Of a stretch of DNA of 64,000 nt, positions 1 through 11,909 are shown piece by piece (positions within the stretch are counted from its first letter, which is position 1; each line of letters begins with the position of its first letter). This stretch comes from an uncultured Chloroflexia bacterium (GTDB taxonomy: Bacteria; Chloroflexota; Limnocylindria; Limnocylindrales; CSP1-4): NCBI GenBank assembly GCA_963718285.1, contig CAVQYU010000006.1, positions 94,059 through 158,058 of the forward strand, in the 5' to 3' direction. The position numbers were made by a program, and so were the translations under genes. The notes under the pieces were generated by a model. That model made no database searches. It was not told the origin of the DNA and was given only the letters and a program-made list of their open reading frames with translations.

Positions 1-3
1 CTG

Positions 4-780
4 ATGCTCAGCCGTCGGGTCATCCCCTGCCTCGACGTGGCCAACGGCCGGGTGGTCAAAGGCACGCGCTTCGTTGACCTGGTCGACGCCGGCGACCCCG
101 TCGAGCTGGCCAGGCGCTACGCCGAGGAGGGTGCCGACGAGCTCGTCTACCTCGACATCTCGGCCGCGCCCGAGGGCCGGGGCACGCTCCTGGAGCTGGT
201 CGAGCGGACCGCCCGGACCGTGTTCATTCCGCTGACGGTCGGCGGCGGCGTTCGCTCGGTGGGCGAGATGCGGGATGTCCTCCGGGCCGGCGCGGACAAG
301 GTCTCGCTCAACAGCGCGGCCGTGGCCGAGCCAGACCTGATCCGGCGCTGCGCGACGCGCTTCGGCCGGCAGGCCGTGGTCGTGGCGATCGACGCGGCAC
401 GCACGGCCGACGGCTCCTGGCGGGCCTGGGTCAAGGGTGGCCGCGAATCGAGCGGGCTCGACGCCCTGGACTGGGCCGAGCGCGCGGTCGAGCTGGGGGC
501 CGGCGAGCTGCTGGTCACCTCGATCGACCGCGACGGGACGGGCGCTGGCTTTGACACCCAGCTGCTCCGGGAGATCGTCGAGCGGGTGCCCGTGCCGGTC
601 ATTGCGTCCGGAGGAGCGGCTGGGCCGGCGGACTTCGTGCGCGCCGTCCAGGACGGGCACGTGGACGCGGTTCTCGCCGCTTCCATCTTCCATCGCCGGA
701 CGTTCACGATCGGAGAGGTCAAGGCGGCAATGGCCGCGGCGGGCCTTGCAGTCCGGCTCGAGCCCGAGCGCGTGGCATGA
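4..780 (+). CDS. hisF: Imidazole glycerol phosphate synthase cyclase subunit HisF
   Basis: Intact 258-aa ORF. It has the MLSRRVIPCLDV..GRVVKG N-terminus and the GADELVYLDI and SIDRDGTGAGFD blocks typical of HisF. The stop overlaps the hisIE start (ATGA at 777-780). Confidence 0.95.
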   Translation: MLSRRVIPCLDVANGRVVKGTRFVDLVDAGDPVELARRYAEEGADELVYLDISAAPEGRGTLLELVERTARTVFIPLTVGGGVRSVGEMRDVLRAGADKVSLNSAAVAEPDLIRRCATRFGRQAVVVAIDAARTADGSWRAWVKGGRESSGLDALDWAERAVELGAGELLVTSIDRDGTGAGFDTQLLREIVERVPVPVIASGGAAGPADFVRAVQDGHVDAVLAASIFHRRTFTIGEVKAAMAAAGLAVRLEPERVA

Positions 781-1514
781 GCCTCGACCCGAGCCGGCTG
801 AATTGGCCACCCGACACGGGCCTGCTGCCAGCGATCGTCCAGGATCGGTCCGACGGCCGCGTCCTCATGCTGGGCTGGATGGACCGCGAGGCGCTCGCAG
901 CCACCCTTTCGACGGACCAGGTCCATTTCCATTCGCGCTCGCGCGACCGACTCTGGCGCAAGGGCGAGACGAGCGGTCACGTCCTCGACGTCGTCGAGAT
1001 CGAGCTCGATTGCGACGGCGATGCGCTCCTCATCCGGGCAGATCCGACCGGCCCGACCTGCCACCGGGAGACCCGGAGCTGCTTCGACGAAGAGGGCGCC
1101 GCCCGAGCCGAGGCCCAGGGCCAGCTCCAGGGACAGGGACAGCCCCAGGGTCCCGACCAGGGCTTCGCCTGGCTGGAGACACTCTGGACGACCATTGCCG
1201 ACCGGGCGGCTCAACGACCAGCCGGCTCGTACACCGCGAGCCTGCTCGAGGGCGGCGTCGACGCGGCCGGGCGTAAGGTCACCGAGGAGGCGACCGAGGT
1301 CCTCATCGCCGCCAAGGACGATGCCACTGCCCAGGCGGCCCGCGAACCGAGAAGGGACAGCGCGAACGCCCTGGCCGGCGAGGCGGCCGACCTCGTCTTC
1401 CACCTGTTGGTGCTGCTCGCCGAGCGCAACCTTGAGCCGGCTGCCGTGCTTGCCGTTCTCCGGGCCCGGCGCGGGCCGGCCGATCAGGAAACGGCGACCC
1501 GCGCGATCAGGTAG
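777..1514 (+). CDS. hisI: Bifunctional phosphoribosyl-AMP cyclohydrolase / phosphoribosyl-ATP pyrophosphatase HisIE
   Basis: Intact 245-aa ORF. The N-half (LPAIVQD..GRVLMLGWMDREA..RSRDRLWRKGETSGH..CDGDALL..TCHRETRSCF) is HisI. The C-half (EEATEVLIAAKDD..EAADLVFHLLVLL) is HisE. Confidence 0.9.
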   Translation: MSLDPSRLNWPPDTGLLPAIVQDRSDGRVLMLGWMDREALAATLSTDQVHFHSRSRDRLWRKGETSGHVLDVVEIELDCDGDALLIRADPTGPTCHRETRSCFDEEGAARAEAQGQLQGQGQPQGPDQGFAWLETLWTTIADRAAQRPAGSYTASLLEGGVDAAGRKVTEEATEVLIAAKDDATAQAAREPRRDSANALAGEAADLVFHLLVLLAERNLEPAAVLAVLRARRGPADQETATRAIR

Positions 1515-2795
1515 GCCTTCTTGCCGCTGCGCAGGACCAGATAGCCGCCGGGCAGGAGCGCCGGCAGTGCCTCGTCGGCCGACGCCACCCGCGCCTCATT
1601 GATCGACAAGCCGCCCTGGCTGATCGCCCGGCGCGCCTCGCCATTTGAGGCGAACAGGCCGGCCGCCACGCTCAGGCCGACCGGACCGCCGGCCAGCGCC
1701 TCGGCCGGGACCGTCGCGTTGGGCAACTGCTCGTAGGCAAACGCGAGCATCTCGGGACCCAGCTGGGGCAGGGTTCGCCCGAAGACTGCTTCGCTGACGG
1801 TCACGACCTGCTCGAGGACCGCTTGCCCGTGGACCATTCGGGTGAGGTCCTCGGCAAGCCGACGCTGGCCGAGGCGGGCCTCCGGGCGTCCGGCGCCATC
1901 CGCCAGGAGGGCCGCGATCTCGGCCTCGGGCAGCAACGTGAACATCCGGACCAGGCGGTCTATCTCCGCGTCGTCGCGGTCGAGCCAGAACTGGTAGAAG
2001 GCATAGGGCGAGGTCCGAGCCGGGTCGAGCCAGACCGAGGTTCCCGCAGCCGTCTTGCCGAACTTCTTGCCGGTTGGATCGAGGAGCAGGGGGTAGCTCA
2101 AGCCGTGGGCCAGGTCGCTCCCGTCGGCGGCCGGCGGCTGGGTCCGCCGGATCAGCTCGAGGCCGGCCGTGATGTTGCCCCACTGGTCGGCGCCGCCCAT
2201 CTGGAGCTCGACCCCCAGCGTCCGGTGGAGCTCGAGGAAGTCGGCCGACTGGAGGAGCATGTAGCTGAACTCGGTGTACGACAGGCCGGCCTCGAGACGC
2301 TCCCGGACCGCGTCCTTGGCCAGCATGTAGGGCACGGTGAAGTGCTTGCCCACGTCGCGCAGGAAGTCAAGCAGGCGCATCGAGCCCAGCCAGGCGTGGT
2401 TGTCGGCCATGAGCGCCCCGTTCGGGCCATCGAAGTCGAGAAAGTGCTCGAGCTGGCCCCGGATCGCCGCCGTGTTGCTGACGACCATCTCCCGGGTCAG
2501 CAGGTTGCGCTCGGCCGACGTGCCCGACGGGTCGCCGATCATGCCCGTGCCACCGCCGATCAGGGCCACCGGCCGGCCACCGTGGCGCTGCAGATGGAGC
2601 AGGCCGAAGATCGGCACGAGGTGGCCGACATGGAGCGACGGGCCGCTCGGATCGAAGCCGATGTAGCCGGCCACGGGACGCGGATCGGCCAAGCGCGTGG
2701 CCAGATTCGGGAGTCGCGCTATTGAACAGTCCTCGCCACCGGAGCTCGTCGATGAGCCCCTCGGCCGCGCCACCCGCCGCTCCGGGCGGCGTCAC
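1484..2795 (-). CDS. tyrS: Tyrosine--tRNA ligase (one apparent frameshift near 2715)
   Basis: Motifs GFDPSGPSLHVGHL (HIGH) and KFGKTAAG (KMSKS-type) are present, with an S4-like C-terminus. The conserved N-terminus GLIDELRWRGLF lies in a different frame upstream of the tracked ORF 1484..2773. GTG at 2795 is a candidate start. Confidence 0.88.
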
Positions 2796-2864
2796 AGGCC
2801 AGCCTGCCTGGCCGTCAAGACGCGAGGGATGGGGTAGACCTGTCCATGTCCGACCCATGCTATC

Positions 2865-5534
2865 GTGACTTACCGTATGCAGACCAGCCTCGCACGGCGT
2901 CAGCGCCGCCGCCGAAATGGCGGCAGTCGCGGCTCCGGTGGCGGAGGGGCAGCTTCCCGAGTTGCCATCGCCCTTCCGCTCTTCCTGTTCGGGACCCTCG
3001 CCCTCCTGGCCGTCGTTGGCCTGGGGTCGGCTCTGGCCGCCTTCAACTACTACAGCACGGGCCTGCCCGATCCCAAGGCCCTGCTTGACCACATCCAGCT
3101 GAGCCAGGAGACGGTCGTCTACGACCGGACCGGCACGATCGAGCTGGCCCGCTTCGGTGCGATCAAGCGGACCGTAGTGCAGTACAGCCAGATCCCGCCG
3201 GTCATGGTCGATGCGACCACCAGTGTCGAGGATCAGACCTTCTGGCAGAACGCCGGCTTCGACCCGATCGGGATCGTCTCGGCGGCGGTGGACACGGTCA
3301 CCGGCAAGCCCCGCGGCGCGTCCACGATCACCCAGCAGCTCGTCCGCAATGCCCTCCTGCCCCAGGACGCCCTGGGTGGCTCGACCTATGAGCGCAAGAT
3401 CCGCGAGATCATCCAGTCGATCCGGCTGACCCAGGAGCTGCCGCCGGGCGTGGCCGGCAAGCAGCAGATCATGGCCGCCTACCTCAACCAGAACTTCTAT
3501 GGCAATCAGAGCTACGGCATCGCGGCGGCGGCCGAAAGCTACTTCGGAATCTCCGACCTGTCCAAGCTGGACCTGGCCCAGGCCGCGATCCTGGCCGGCA
3601 TCCCCAAGTCGCCGACGGATTACGACCTGGTCCAGAACGCCCAGGAGACCTGCCTCGTGACGGTGGCCACAGGTTCGGCCTGTCCGGCCGGCAAGACGGT
3701 CCTCGAAGTGCCCCAGAACACGCTCATCTACCAGCGCCGCAATCACATCCTCGAGCTGATGAAGACGAACAGCACGCTCACCTCGTACAGCGCGTCCGAC
3801 TTCGCCGCAGCCGAGGCCGAGCCGGTCATCCTGACCCCGCCGCCGGCCCAGAACTGGCTGGCGCCCCAGTTCGTCTGGCAGGTCCGCCACCAGCTCGGCA
3901 CGATCCTCTGCCCGAGCACGCCGGATGCCTGCGAAAAGGTCGACACCGGTGGCTACAAGGTCATCACCACGCTCGACTACGGGCTCCAGACGAAGGCCGA
4001 GAAGTGGGTCAAGGCGGCCGGCATCGCGCCCAACCAGAAGGACACCGCCGCCTACCTGAAATCGATCAACGTGCCCTACCAGCAATGGATCCGGAACCTC
4101 AAGGGCCGGGGCATCTACAACGCCGCCCTCGGTGCGATCGACTACCGGACCGGGGACATCGTGGCCTACGTCGGCTCGGCCGACTACTATGCGTCGCCCC
4201 GCGGCGCGAAGTTCCAGCCCCAGTTCGACGTGCTCGCCAATGGCTGGCGCCAACCCGGTTCGTCGTTCAAGGCGATCGGCTACCTGGCCGGGATCGAGGA
4301 CCACGTCACGACGGCCGCCACGATGTTCATGGACGTCGTGACCAACTTCGGCGGCGGCTATACGCCGGCCGACGCCGACCTCGACGAACGCGGGCCGGTC
4401 CGGCTGCGCCAGGCGATCCAGCTCTCGCTCAACATCCCGGCGATCAAGGCGGCGATCATCGAAGGGCCCGACAAGGTCTTCAACTTCGCCAAGCAGATGG
4501 GCATCGTGTGGCAGTCCTCGAAGAACCCGGGCGGCGCCTCGATCGCCATCGGGACCGTCGAGGTCCACTTCATCGACGAGATCGGCGCATACGGCGCGAT
4601 TGCCAACGGCGGCAAGCTCCTGCCCCGGACCACGATCCTGTCGGTGACCGAGCCCAACGGCAAGGCCGATTGGCCGCCGGCCAGCGGCCTGCCGACCGGC
4701 CCGCCAGGCCGTCAGCCCTCAGGCCGCCTTCATCATGCAGGACATCCTGGCCTCGAACACCGACCCCAAGCAGAACCCGTTCTGGTCCGAGCGCGCGATC
4801 TACAACGGCAAGGTCCGCCGCCCGGCCGCCCTCAAGACCGGTACCTCGACCGACGAGATCGACCTGGCCGCGATGGGCTTCCTGGCCCCGCCCAAGGACC
4901 CCAAGGCCGAGGCCCTGGCTGTCGGGACCTGGATGGGCAACTCGGACAACAGCGCTCCGCCGAACGGCACGGTCGCCCTCGAGACGGCGGCCAGCCTGTG
5001 GCAGGCCTTCCTCGAGGACGCCAGCAAGGGCACCCCCGTGGCCGCCTTCGCCCCGCACCCGGCGGGCGTGGTCCAGGCCTCCGTCGACGCCAACAGTGGC
5101 CTGCTGCCCGGTCCGTTCACCGGCCGGACGGTCAAGGAATGGTTCATCGACGGCACTGTCCCCAACCAGACCGACAACACCAAGACCGGGGTCTCGATCG
5201 ACTCCGCCACCGGGCTGCTCTGGCAGGACGGCTGCCTCGGCCCGCAGGTGACCAAGGGCTTCCTTGACTTCTCGAACGTCGAACCGGGTCATCCCACCTG
5301 GGTCAAGTACACCCAGGGCTGGGTCTCCCGGGCCAGGCGCGGCCAGGGCGTCGGGGCGGTCCGCGCAACACGGCGACCCAGTACTTCCACTTCGGCAGCG
5401 TCTTCCCGTTCGGAGCCACCTGGGGCGCCCCGTTCGCGCCCGCGGCCGAAGTGCCCGATCGGCGGGTCCGTCGCCCAGCCCGTCGCCAAGCGGTTCGCCC
5501 GAGCCATCGGACAAGCCCAGCGCGGGCCCCGTAA
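2865..5534 (+). CDS. Class A penicillin-binding protein (glycosyltransferase GT51 + transpeptidase), frame broken near 4690 and again near 5300-5350
   Basis: An N-terminal TM helix is followed by GT51 motifs [12 protein letters not shown] and GASTITQQL. Transpeptidase motifs SSFK (SxxK) and KTGT are present. The protein continues in ORF 4735..5568 ([14 protein letters not shown]...). The 3' end is uncertain, with candidate stops from 5534 to 5568. Confidence 0.85.
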
Positions 5535-5557
5535 CGCGACCAGGCGCGGCGGGTCGG

Positions 5558-8030
5558 TCAGAGGCTGATCAGGGTCGCCCCGTCGCCGCCTTCGCCGCGC
5601 TCCCCCGCCCGGAACGAGGCGACCAGCGGGTGGCTGCCGGCGGCCGATCGAACGGCGTCGCGCAAGGCGCCCGTACCGACCCCGTGGATGATCGTGACCC
5701 GCTCGAGCCCGGCCAGGGACGCATCGTCGAGATAGCGTCCAAAGAGCTCGAGGGCCTCGTCGACCCGCGCTCCGCGCAGGTCGAGCGAGGAGGCCACCGT
5801 CCGGATCCGGTCGAGCCGCAGGCTTGAGCCGGGATGCCGATGCGATCGAGCCGGACGGACCTGAGGCGTTCGGCGCGCCCACGGGCTCGCGTCGCTTCCG
5901 ACGCCGGCTCTGCTCGACCGGATTGGCCCGCGAAGGGCCTGCCGGCCAGACGGCGGCGAGGGTCTCCTCGGGCGGGCTGACAGCGGGGGCCGGCTCGAGC
6001 AGCTCGAGGTCGTCCACGTCGGTCATCACCCGCATCTCGCCGACCTCGACCGTGGCCCGACGGCCATTCTTCTCGAGGGCCGCCACCCGGCCCTCCCAGC
6101 CGCCGGTCCGGCTCCGAGCCCGGTCACCCAGCCGCCAGTCATGGGGCGCGGCCGGGACGACCTCCACAAGGTCGGGCTCCTCGGCGGCGATCGGCAGCTC
6201 GGCCAGCCCGGCCTCGGCCCGGGCGAGGGCGGCATCGAGGCTCCGTCCGGTGACCGTATCGCGCTCGAGCGCCTGGCGGGTCGCCTGGACCTCCTCCTGG
6301 AGACCGGCCACGAGGCGCTCGCCCTCGATCCGGGCCGACCGAACCAGCTCGTCCCGTTCGCGACGGGCGGCGCGGCGTTCTTCCTGGGCGACCCGGAGGG
6401 CCTCCGCCGCCCGAGCCTCGGCCTGGCGCGCCTGCTCCAGCCGGTCGCTCGTCTCGCCCTCGGCCGCCCGGATCGAGCTCAGGGTGGCCTCGAACGAGCG
6501 CTCCGACTCGGACAGGCGCGAGCGGGCGTCGGCCACGATCTCGCCGGGCAGGCCCAGCCGTTCGGCGATCGCGAACGCCTGGCTGCCGCCGGGCAGGCCG
6601 ATCGTCAGGTGGTAGGTGGGACTGAGCGTCTCGAGGTCGAACTCGACCGAGGCATTGCGGGCGGCCGTCGGTCGTGTGGGCGTACGCCTTGAGCTCGGCA
6701 TAGTGGGTCGTGGCCGCGACCAGCGTCCCGGCCCGGATGAAGTGGTCGAGCAGGGCCTGGGCCAGCGCCGAGCCCTCGGTCGGGTCGGTGCCGGCGCCGA
6801 GCTCGTCGAGCAGGACCAGGGTGCCCGGCCCGGCCGCCTCGACGATCCGGATGATCGAGCGGAGGTGGCCCGAGAATGTCGACAGGCTCTGGGCCACGGA
6901 CTGCTCGTCGCCGATGTCGGCAAACACGTCGCGGAACACGGGCAGCTTGCCGCCGGCCTCGATCGGAAGGTGCAGGCCGGCCTGGTGCATCAGGGCGAGC
7001 AGGCCCAGGGTCCGCAGCGTGACCGTCTTGCCGCCGGTGTTCGGGCCGGTCACGACCAGGGCGACGTAGCCGTCGCCCAGCCGGATGTCGATCGGCACGA
7101 CTCGCCCGCTCAGGCCCGGGTGGCGCGCTCCGAGCAGGACCACCTCGGGCCGGCCGACCGTCTCGGGCCGGACGCCGTCCATCTCGGCCGCCAGGCGCGC
7201 CTTGGCCGACCACAGGTCGAACCGGGCCAGCGCGTCAAGCGTTTCCTGCAGCTCGAGCGCGTTGGCCCCGACGAAGGCCGACAGCTCGTCGAGGATCCGC
7301 TCCACCTCGGCCCGTTCGGCGACCTGGGCCTCGCGCCAGGCATTGCCCAGCTCAACGGCCACGAGCGGTTCCACGAACAAGGTCTGGCCGCTGCCCGAGG
7401 CGTCGTGGACGATGCCCTTGACCCGGCTGCGGGCCTCGGCCCGGACCGGCACCACGTAGCGCCCGTTGCGCAGGGTGATGATCGCCTCCTGCAGGGCGCC
7501 GCTGGCCGATTCGGCCTGGACGAGGGCGTCGAGCCGGCGGCGCAATCGGTCGTAGGCGATCCGGACCGCGCCGCGCAGGCCGCCCAGCCGGGGCGAGGCC
7601 GAGTCGAGCAGCTCGCCGACGGGATCGAAGCTGCGGGCCAGGCTCGACTTGAGGGCCGGCAGCGGGTGGAGCTCGCCGAGAGCTCGCGCAGCAGCGGCCG
7701 GCGTTCCTCGGCCAGGATCCCGGCCAGCCGGCTCGTCGCCTCGAGGGTCTCGGCGATCTCCAGGAAGTTGGCCGGATCCAGGCGGCCGCCCCGGGCTGCC
7801 CGCTCGATCCATGGCCCGATGTCGTGGGCCGAGCCGATCCCGGCGCTGGAGCGTTCGCCCAGCAGCCCCCGGGCTTCGTCGGTCTCGTCCAGGCCCCGGC
7901 TCACGATCGCGGGCTCGTTGGACGGCTCGAGGGCCTCGGCGAGGCGCCGGCCGGGAGCGAAGCTGGTGTGGTCGGCGAGGCGCGCCCGGATCGCCCCGAA
8001 CTCGAGCAGCTCGATCGACTTGGCGTCCAT
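5558..8030 (-). CDS. mutS2: Endonuclease MutS2 (Smr domain at C-terminus), split over 4 frames as sequenced
   Basis: The N-terminus [18 protein letters not shown] starts at 8030. Walker [11 protein letters not shown], the DELGAGTDP block and a coiled-coil middle follow. The Smr domain is in ORF 5558..5797 ([23 protein letters not shown]). Apparent frameshifts lie near 7680, 6680 and 5830. Confidence 0.9.
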
Positions 8031-8684
8031 CAGCCGGACACGCTGGGATCGCCGGCGATCGCGAAGCGCCACGGCTCGTCGGTCCAGGGCGGCCCGGCGA
8101 AGGCGATCCCGATTCGGGGCGTCGTCCGGACCTCGACCGGCGGCTCGCCGGCCGGACGCGGCTCGAGACGCAGGACGGCCGCCGGATCGAGCAGGTCCGT
8201 GCCGGTCAGGCTCAGCTCCACGTCGAACGCGGCCCCGACCAGGCCCGGGCCGCTGGCCAGCCGGTGCGGGGCGGTCTGTTCGAGGCGCCGGCGCACCCGC
8301 TCGCGGTCGGCCGGCCCGAAGGCCCGGTGGGTGCGGGCATCGGCCGTCGAGCCGGGCCGCCCGGATCAGCTCGACCCCGATGATCGGCTCGACCGCCCGG
8401 ATGAGGATCGCGTGGGGAATCCCGGCGGGCCCGGTGACCACGTTCAGACAGCGATACATGCCGTACACAAGATAGACGTAGGCACTGCCGGCCCGGCCGT
8501 ACATCGGCCGGCTGCGGGCGGTCTGGCCGAAGCGGCTATGGGCGGCCTGGTCATCCGGACCCAGGTAGGCCTCGACCTCCACGATCCGGCCGATCCGCTG
8601 GCCGTGCTCATCGGAGCGCACCAGGCGCGTACCGAGCAGGCCGCGGGCGACGGCCAGGGTGTCGTGCTCGAAGAGGGCGGCCAA
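8030..8684 (-). CDS. mpg: DNA-3-methyladenine glycosylase (Mpg/AAG family), one apparent frameshift near 8330
   Basis: The N-part contains VARGLLG..GRIVEVEAYLGPDDQAAHS..GRAGSAYVYLVYGMYRCLNVV. The C-part is in ORF 8030..8296 (GPGLVGAAFDV..PRIGIAFAG). The stop overlaps the mutS2 start (TGATG). Confidence 0.8.
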
Positions 8685-8704
8685 CCCGCCGCCGGACGGC
8701 CGAG

Positions 8705-9295
8705 CTAGAGGGCTGGGTAGATGCTCCGGATGTCATCCGAGAAGGCCCAGCCGAAGACCGCGAAGAACGCCGGGATCAGGGTGTCCCTGAGGATCGTGTA
8801 CGTGCCCGAGGAGGACAGGGCGTTCCAGAAGTCCCGCAGGAAGGGCAGCTCGGCCTCGCTCTTGGGCACGGGCGGCGAGGCGGCAAAGGTCGAGGACAGG
8901 ATGATCGTGATCGCCACCAGGATCAGCAGACCTTCCAGGACGCCCAGCAGGCCGCCCAGGACCTCGTCCAGGAACGAGGCGTTGGGGAACAGCGGGGACG
9001 GCTTGTAGAAGCCCTGGATGACCAGCGAGAACGCCACGCTGCCGACCACGAACACGGTCAGGTAGCCGACCATCGAGGCGTACTCGGGCGGGAACTGGTG
9101 CCAATGCGATGCCAGGAACGTGCCCAGCGGGTCGCGCACGGTTGAAGCCAGCAGGAACGAGAACAGGATCGCGATCAGCCCGAGCAGGCGCCGGATCGTG
9201 CCCTGGATAAATCCGAGCAGGAACATGAACGCGAGCCCGACCACGACCAGGAGGTCGAAGTAATTGAGGCTCTGGATAAAGTCGACCACGTTCAC
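8705..9295 (-). CDS. CvpA-family membrane protein
   Basis: Intact 196-aa ORF with about 4 TM helices. The N-terminus DLLVVVGLAFMFLLGFIQGTIRRLLGLIAILFSFLLA is typical of CvpA/colicin V production proteins. It sits in the cvpA-X-mutS2 position known from Bacillus. Confidence 0.75.
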   Translation of the reverse strand: MNVVDFIQSLNYFDLLVVVGLAFMFLLGFIQGTIRRLLGLIAILFSFLLASTVRDPLGTFLASHWHQFPPEYASMVGYLTVFVVGSVAFSLVIQGFYKPSPLFPNASFLDEVLGGLLGVLEGLLILVAITIILSSTFAASPPVPKSEAELPFLRDFWNALSSSGTYTILRDTLIPAFFAVFGWAFSDDIRSIYPAL

Positions 9296-9420
9296 TCCAC
9301 GGTGCTGACGCTGCGCAGAAGGGGCGCAAGGTTAGCAGCGGCCTACCCGCGCTTCAACCATCCAGACCACACCCAACCGCAACGGCCGCCAACCGCTCCA
9401 GCCCGGGCGACCCGGCGGTC

Positions 9421-11909
9421 CTAGCTGCGGATCCGGCCACCGACCTCGCTGGCCAGGCCGGTTGCCACTGCTGCCAGGCTGGTCTCGATCTCGCCGTCGG
9501 TCAGGGTCCGGTCGTCCGCCTGGAAGTGAGCCGCCAGGCCAGGCTCTGCTCGCTCGGCAGGAGCGGCGTTCCTCGGTAGATGTCGAAGAGCCGGACGTTT
9601 CGGAGCAGGGGCCCGGCGGCGGAACGGATCACCTGTTCGACCGCGGCCGCCGAGATCGTCCGGTCAACGACCACGGCCAGGTCACGCCCGACCGGCGGGA
9701 AGCGTGGGATCGGCTCGACCCGGACCTCCGGCGCCGGCCCGCCGTTCAGGCCCCGGATCGCGAACTCGGCAATGACCACCCGCTCGGCGCGCAGGTCCAG
9801 CTCGGCCCGGATCGCGGGATGGAGCTCGCCGGCGCGACCGGCGAGGGCGCCGTCGCTCAGGCCAATCGCGCTGCGGCCCGGGTGGTAGACCGGCTCGGCC
9901 GTGAGCGGCGTCCAAGCCGGTCGGGCCAGGCCCAGCCGCTCGGCCAGGAGCTCGATCAAGCCCTTGGCGTCGTCGAGCAGCCAATCCTCGCCGCCCGGTC
10001 CCAGGCCGCCGGCCGGCTGGCGCCGGTCAGGGCCAGGCCGAGCCGCCACCATTCGTGCACGGCGCTCGCCTGCTCGTCGTAGGCGTAGCCCTTGCCCAGC
10101 TCGAAGACCGCCACGTCCGGCCGGCCCTGGTCCAGGTTGGTGGCGACCACCTCGAGCAGGCTTCCCACGAGGCCCTGGCGCAGGACCGAGTGGTCGGCAG
10201 AGAGCGGATTGACCGCCCGGATGGGCGGCCCGTCGGCCGATCGTCGCCCGGCAGGACGCGGTCTCGGGAACGGCGGGCTGGAACAGCTCGACCAGGCGGG
10301 GCGAGACCAGGGCGCTCGTGATCACCTCGGTCAGGCCGGCTCCGGCCAGGGTCTGGCGGACCAGGTTGCGCACGCCCAGGGGCGACTCGATGAACGTCGG
10401 CATGGCGGTGTCGGGCAACATCGCCGGGATCGACTCGTAGCCGATCACCCGGGCGATCTCCTCGGCCAGGTCGTTCTCGATCTCAAGGTCCGCCCGCCAG
10501 GTTGGCACGACCGCCGAGCAGGCCTCCCCGGGACCGGCGTCGACCGTCAACGGCTGGGGCTGGCCGGAGACCCTGATCGGGCTGGCGCCGGCGATCTCAG
10601 CGCTGGCAATCCCGGCCCGGGCGAGGATGGCGCGCTGCTCGGCGGGCTCGAGCCGGGTGCCCAGGAGCCGGTTGATCCGGGCGGGCCGGAATGCCAGGCG
10701 GCCGGCTTCGGGCTCAATGCTGGCGGTATCGACCCGGCCTGGGGCAACGCTGGCACCCGCCCAGGCGGCGATCAGGCCGGCCACCCGGTCGGCGCCGATC
10801 CGGGCCAGCCGGAACTCCTGGCCCTTCTCGAAGCGCAGGCTGGCCTCGGAACGCAGGGCGTAGCGCTGGCCCGTCCGCCGGATCGCGACCGGGTCGAAGA
10901 TGGCCGACTCGACGATCACGTCCGTGGTCGTGGCGCTGACCTCGCTGGCGGCCCCGCCCATGATCCCGGCGATGCCCAGGGCCTCGACCGGATCGGCCAC
11001 GACCAGGTCGTCGGCGTCAGCCGGCGCTCGACGTGATCGAGCGTCTCGATCCGCTCGCCGGCCGTTGCCCGGCGCACGACGAACCGGTGGTCGTGCACGG
11101 CGGCGGCGTCGTAGGCGTGGGTCGGCTTGCCCAGCTCGAGCATCACGTAGTTCGAGGCGTCGACGACGTTGCTGATCGGACGCATGCCGGCGGCCTGCAG
11201 GCGGACCTGGACCGTGTCCGGCGAGGGACCGACCTGGATGTCACTCAGGCAGCGGGCCACGAACCGGCTGCACCAGGCCGGGTCATCGACCTCGATCGAG
11301 ACGAGCTCGGCGGCCGGCCGCCCGAATTCGACCAGGTTGGCCTCGGGCATGCGGACCGGTGCGCCGGTCACGATCGAGATCTCCCGAGCCAGGCCGATCA
11401 GGGACAGGGCATCGCCCCGGTTGGGCTTGACATCGATGTCGAGGATCGTGTCGCCGTAGAGGCTGGTCAGCTCGGTGCCCAGCGGCGTGCCCGGCGGCAG
11501 GATCAGGATCCCGTCCGCGTCGCTGGTCAGGTTGAGCTCATCGCCCGAACAGAGCATCCCGTTCGAGACGACGCCCATCTTCTCGGCCCGCTCGATCCGC
11601 CGGCCGCCGGGCAGGACGGCCCCGGGCAGGGCCACCGGGACGCGCTGGCCCGGCGCAATGTTCGTTGCCCCGCACACGATCTCGAGGACCTGGCCGCCGC
11701 CCACGTCCACGGTCGTGAGCGACAGGCGGTCGGCCCGGGGGTGCCTGGCCACGGTCAGCAGCTCGCCGACCACCACCGAGCGCCAGTCGGCGCCCCAGGC
11801 CTCGATCCCCTTGACCTCCATGCCCGAGCACCGTCAGGCGTTCGGCCAGCTGCTCGGGCGTGAGCTGGATGTCGATGTAGTCGCGTAGCCAGTTGAGCGG
11901 CGCCCTCAT
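9421..11909 (-). CDS. pheT: Phenylalanine--tRNA ligase beta subunit (at least 5 apparent frameshifts)
   Basis: The N-terminus [14 protein letters not shown] starts at 11909. The tRNA-binding domain VVGELLTVARHP.ADRL and the B3/4, B5 and C-terminal anticodon-binding-like blocks are present. Fragments are in ORFs 10916..11821, 9501..11000 and 9956..10168. The end ...GGRIRS is reached only after a 1-nt shift near 9520. Confidence 0.9.
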
